DNA of 32,887 nt, from IMG/VR virus record IMGVR_UViG_3300005611_000123, positions 1 to 32,887 of that record; one strand, 5' to 3'. A model generated the notes under the pieces. The model made no database searches. It was not told the DNA's origin and saw nothing but the letters and a program-made list of their open reading frames with translations. Position numbers and translations under genes: made by a program. Origin of the DNA: a virus. Shown piece after piece: positions 32,122 to 32,887 of this stretch (positions within the stretch are counted from its first letter, which is position 1; each line of letters begins with the position of its first letter).

Positions 32122-32887
32122 CTATACTAAGTGCTAAGAACACACCAAGGAATACCTACACAGCTACTGCTGGTCAAACAGCATTTACTATAGGCTTTGA
32201 GTTCTTTAGTGTTAATGATGTTAAAGTGTACAAGAATGGTACACTAATGACTTATGATGCTAGTCCTAGCACAAACACTACTTATAAGATAACAGGCACA
32301 GCTTCTGCTTCTGATGATGCTTATGAATTTGGTGCTGGTGGTACAGTAACATTTGGATCTGGTGTAGCACTCAATGATAGTATTGTTATCATAAGAGATA
32401 TTACTATCGAAAGAACAACAGACTTTAATCCATCTGGTGCGTTCGATATATCTACACTCAACACACAGCTTGATACTATTATAAGTATCATGGCTGATAC
32501 ACAAGAACAAACTAATCGTAGTGTTAAGCTATCTGATACTGATGTAACTTCTGCTACAGTAACACTACCTACTAATGCTAATCGAGCTTCTAAAGTATTA
32601 TCCTTTGATGCTAGTGGTAATGCTGAAGCAACACTAACAACTACTGGTCTATCTACTTTATCTGGTATTACAAGTGATATAACAACTGTTGCTGGTATTG
32701 CCAGTGATGTAACTACAGTTGCAGGTATATCTGCTAATGTAACTACTGTATCTGGTATATCTGGTAACGTAACTACTGTTGCTGGTATATCATCAGATGT
32801 TACTACTACTGCTGGTATATCATCTAATGTAACAACAGTAGCTGGATTAAGTACAGAGATTACTGCTCTATCTGGTGTGAGTTCACA
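32118..32887 (+). CDS. Tail fiber protein, N-terminal part (T7 gp17-like N-terminal tail-attachment domain plus start of repeat array); runs off window end
   Basis: ATG at 32118 overlaps the TGA of the upstream ORF (ATGA). Translation is MTILSAKNTPRNTYTATAGQTAFTIGFEFFSVNDVKVYKNG...IIRDITIERTTDFNPSGAFDISTLNTQLD, the pattern of T7-type fiber N-termini. There is no stop before the window end. The ORF is absent from the supplied track only because it is open-ended. Confidence 0.85.
   Translation, partial: MTILSAKNTPRNTYTATAGQTAFTIGFEFFSVNDVKVYKNGTLMTYDASPSTNTTYKITGTASASDDAYEFGAGGTVTFGSGVALNDSIVIIRDITIERTTDFNPSGAFDISTLNTQLDTIISIMADTQEQTNRSVKLSDTDVTSATVTLPTNANRASKVLSFDASGNAEATLTTTGLSTLSGITSDITTVAGIASDVTTVAGISANVTTVSGISGNVTTVAGISSDVTTTAGISSNVTTVAGLSTEITALSGVSS
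32649..32887 (+). repeat. 30-nt (decapeptide) tandem repeat array inside the tail fiber gene, part 1
   Basis: Units read LSTLSGITSD ITTVAGIASD VTTVAGISAN VTTVSGISGN VTTVAGISSD VTTTAGISSN VTTVAGLSTE ITALSGVSS. Confidence 0.85.
32811..32887. repeat. Terminal overlap, copy B (identical to 1..77)
   Basis: Same as copy A. An exact 77-nt overlap is typical of a de Bruijn k-mer circularisation signature. Confidence 0.97.

Noticed and set aside
626-32510. Other nested or antisense track ORFs (for example 626..826, 2079..2270, 3823..4065, 5669..5872, 6446..6631, 7181..7432, 7429..7620, 8024..8567, 8936..9181, 9178..9423, 15375..15878, 16744..16968, 17247..17462, 19528..19719, 20283..20830, 21279..21988, 23269..24996, 26127..26941, 27832..28378, 28755..31967, 32244..32510)
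   Set aside because: Each lies entirely inside, or antisense to, a longer ORF with recognisable motifs or operon context. They lack RBSs and have low-complexity, hydrophobic or Cys-rich translations.
1-32887. Diversity-generating retroelement (suggested by BPP-1-like head genes and a variable receptor-binding protein), CRISPR array, integrase or lysogeny module
   Set aside because: There is no reverse-transcriptase-like ORF (no YxDD motif seen) and no near-identical template/variable repeat pair near the fiber genes. No regularly spaced direct repeats with unique spacers were seen, and no tyrosine or serine recombinase motifs.

Overview
The window is a complete, circularly closed dsDNA phage genome, AT-rich by eye. 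Positions 1-77 are identical to 32811-32887, so the unique length is 32,810 bp. The tail-fiber gene spans the artificial junction (starts 32118, runs off the end, continues in frame to 2166). The tail is T7-type by motif: gp17-like fiber N-terminus, gp11/gp12-like tubular proteins and three internal-core-like proteins. The head module is TerL, portal, Bbp19-like, scaffold and a small HK97-type capsid protein. Two divergent transcription units meet at about 11060-11468. The leftward early unit runs 11059 down to 4805: unknown first gene, DUF2958-like, ArdA-like, acidic small proteins, YqaJ-type exonuclease, putative annealing protein, XRE-HTH protein, SSB, LexA-DNA-binding-domain-only protein and a Hjc-like resolvase. 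The rightward unit runs 11469 through the junction to 4831: TerS-like, seven polycationic ORFs, TerL, head, tail, two receptor-binding proteins and membrane/holin-like ORFs. I saw no tRNA, rRNA, CRISPR array, integrase, DNA or RNA polymerase, primase/helicase or recognisable endolysin. The most unusual items are: (1) a 2.8-kb cassette of seven strongly basic low-complexity ORFs splitting terS from terL; (2) an imperfect palindrome of about 180 bp at the divergence point that mirrors an RBS; (3) three long structured non-coding islands that share short motifs in the transcribed sense of both units (nut-like); (4) a decapeptide-repeat fiber followed by two paralogous five-blade propeller-like receptor-binding modules. 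All family names are motif recognition by eye and from memory. No searches or computations were run.
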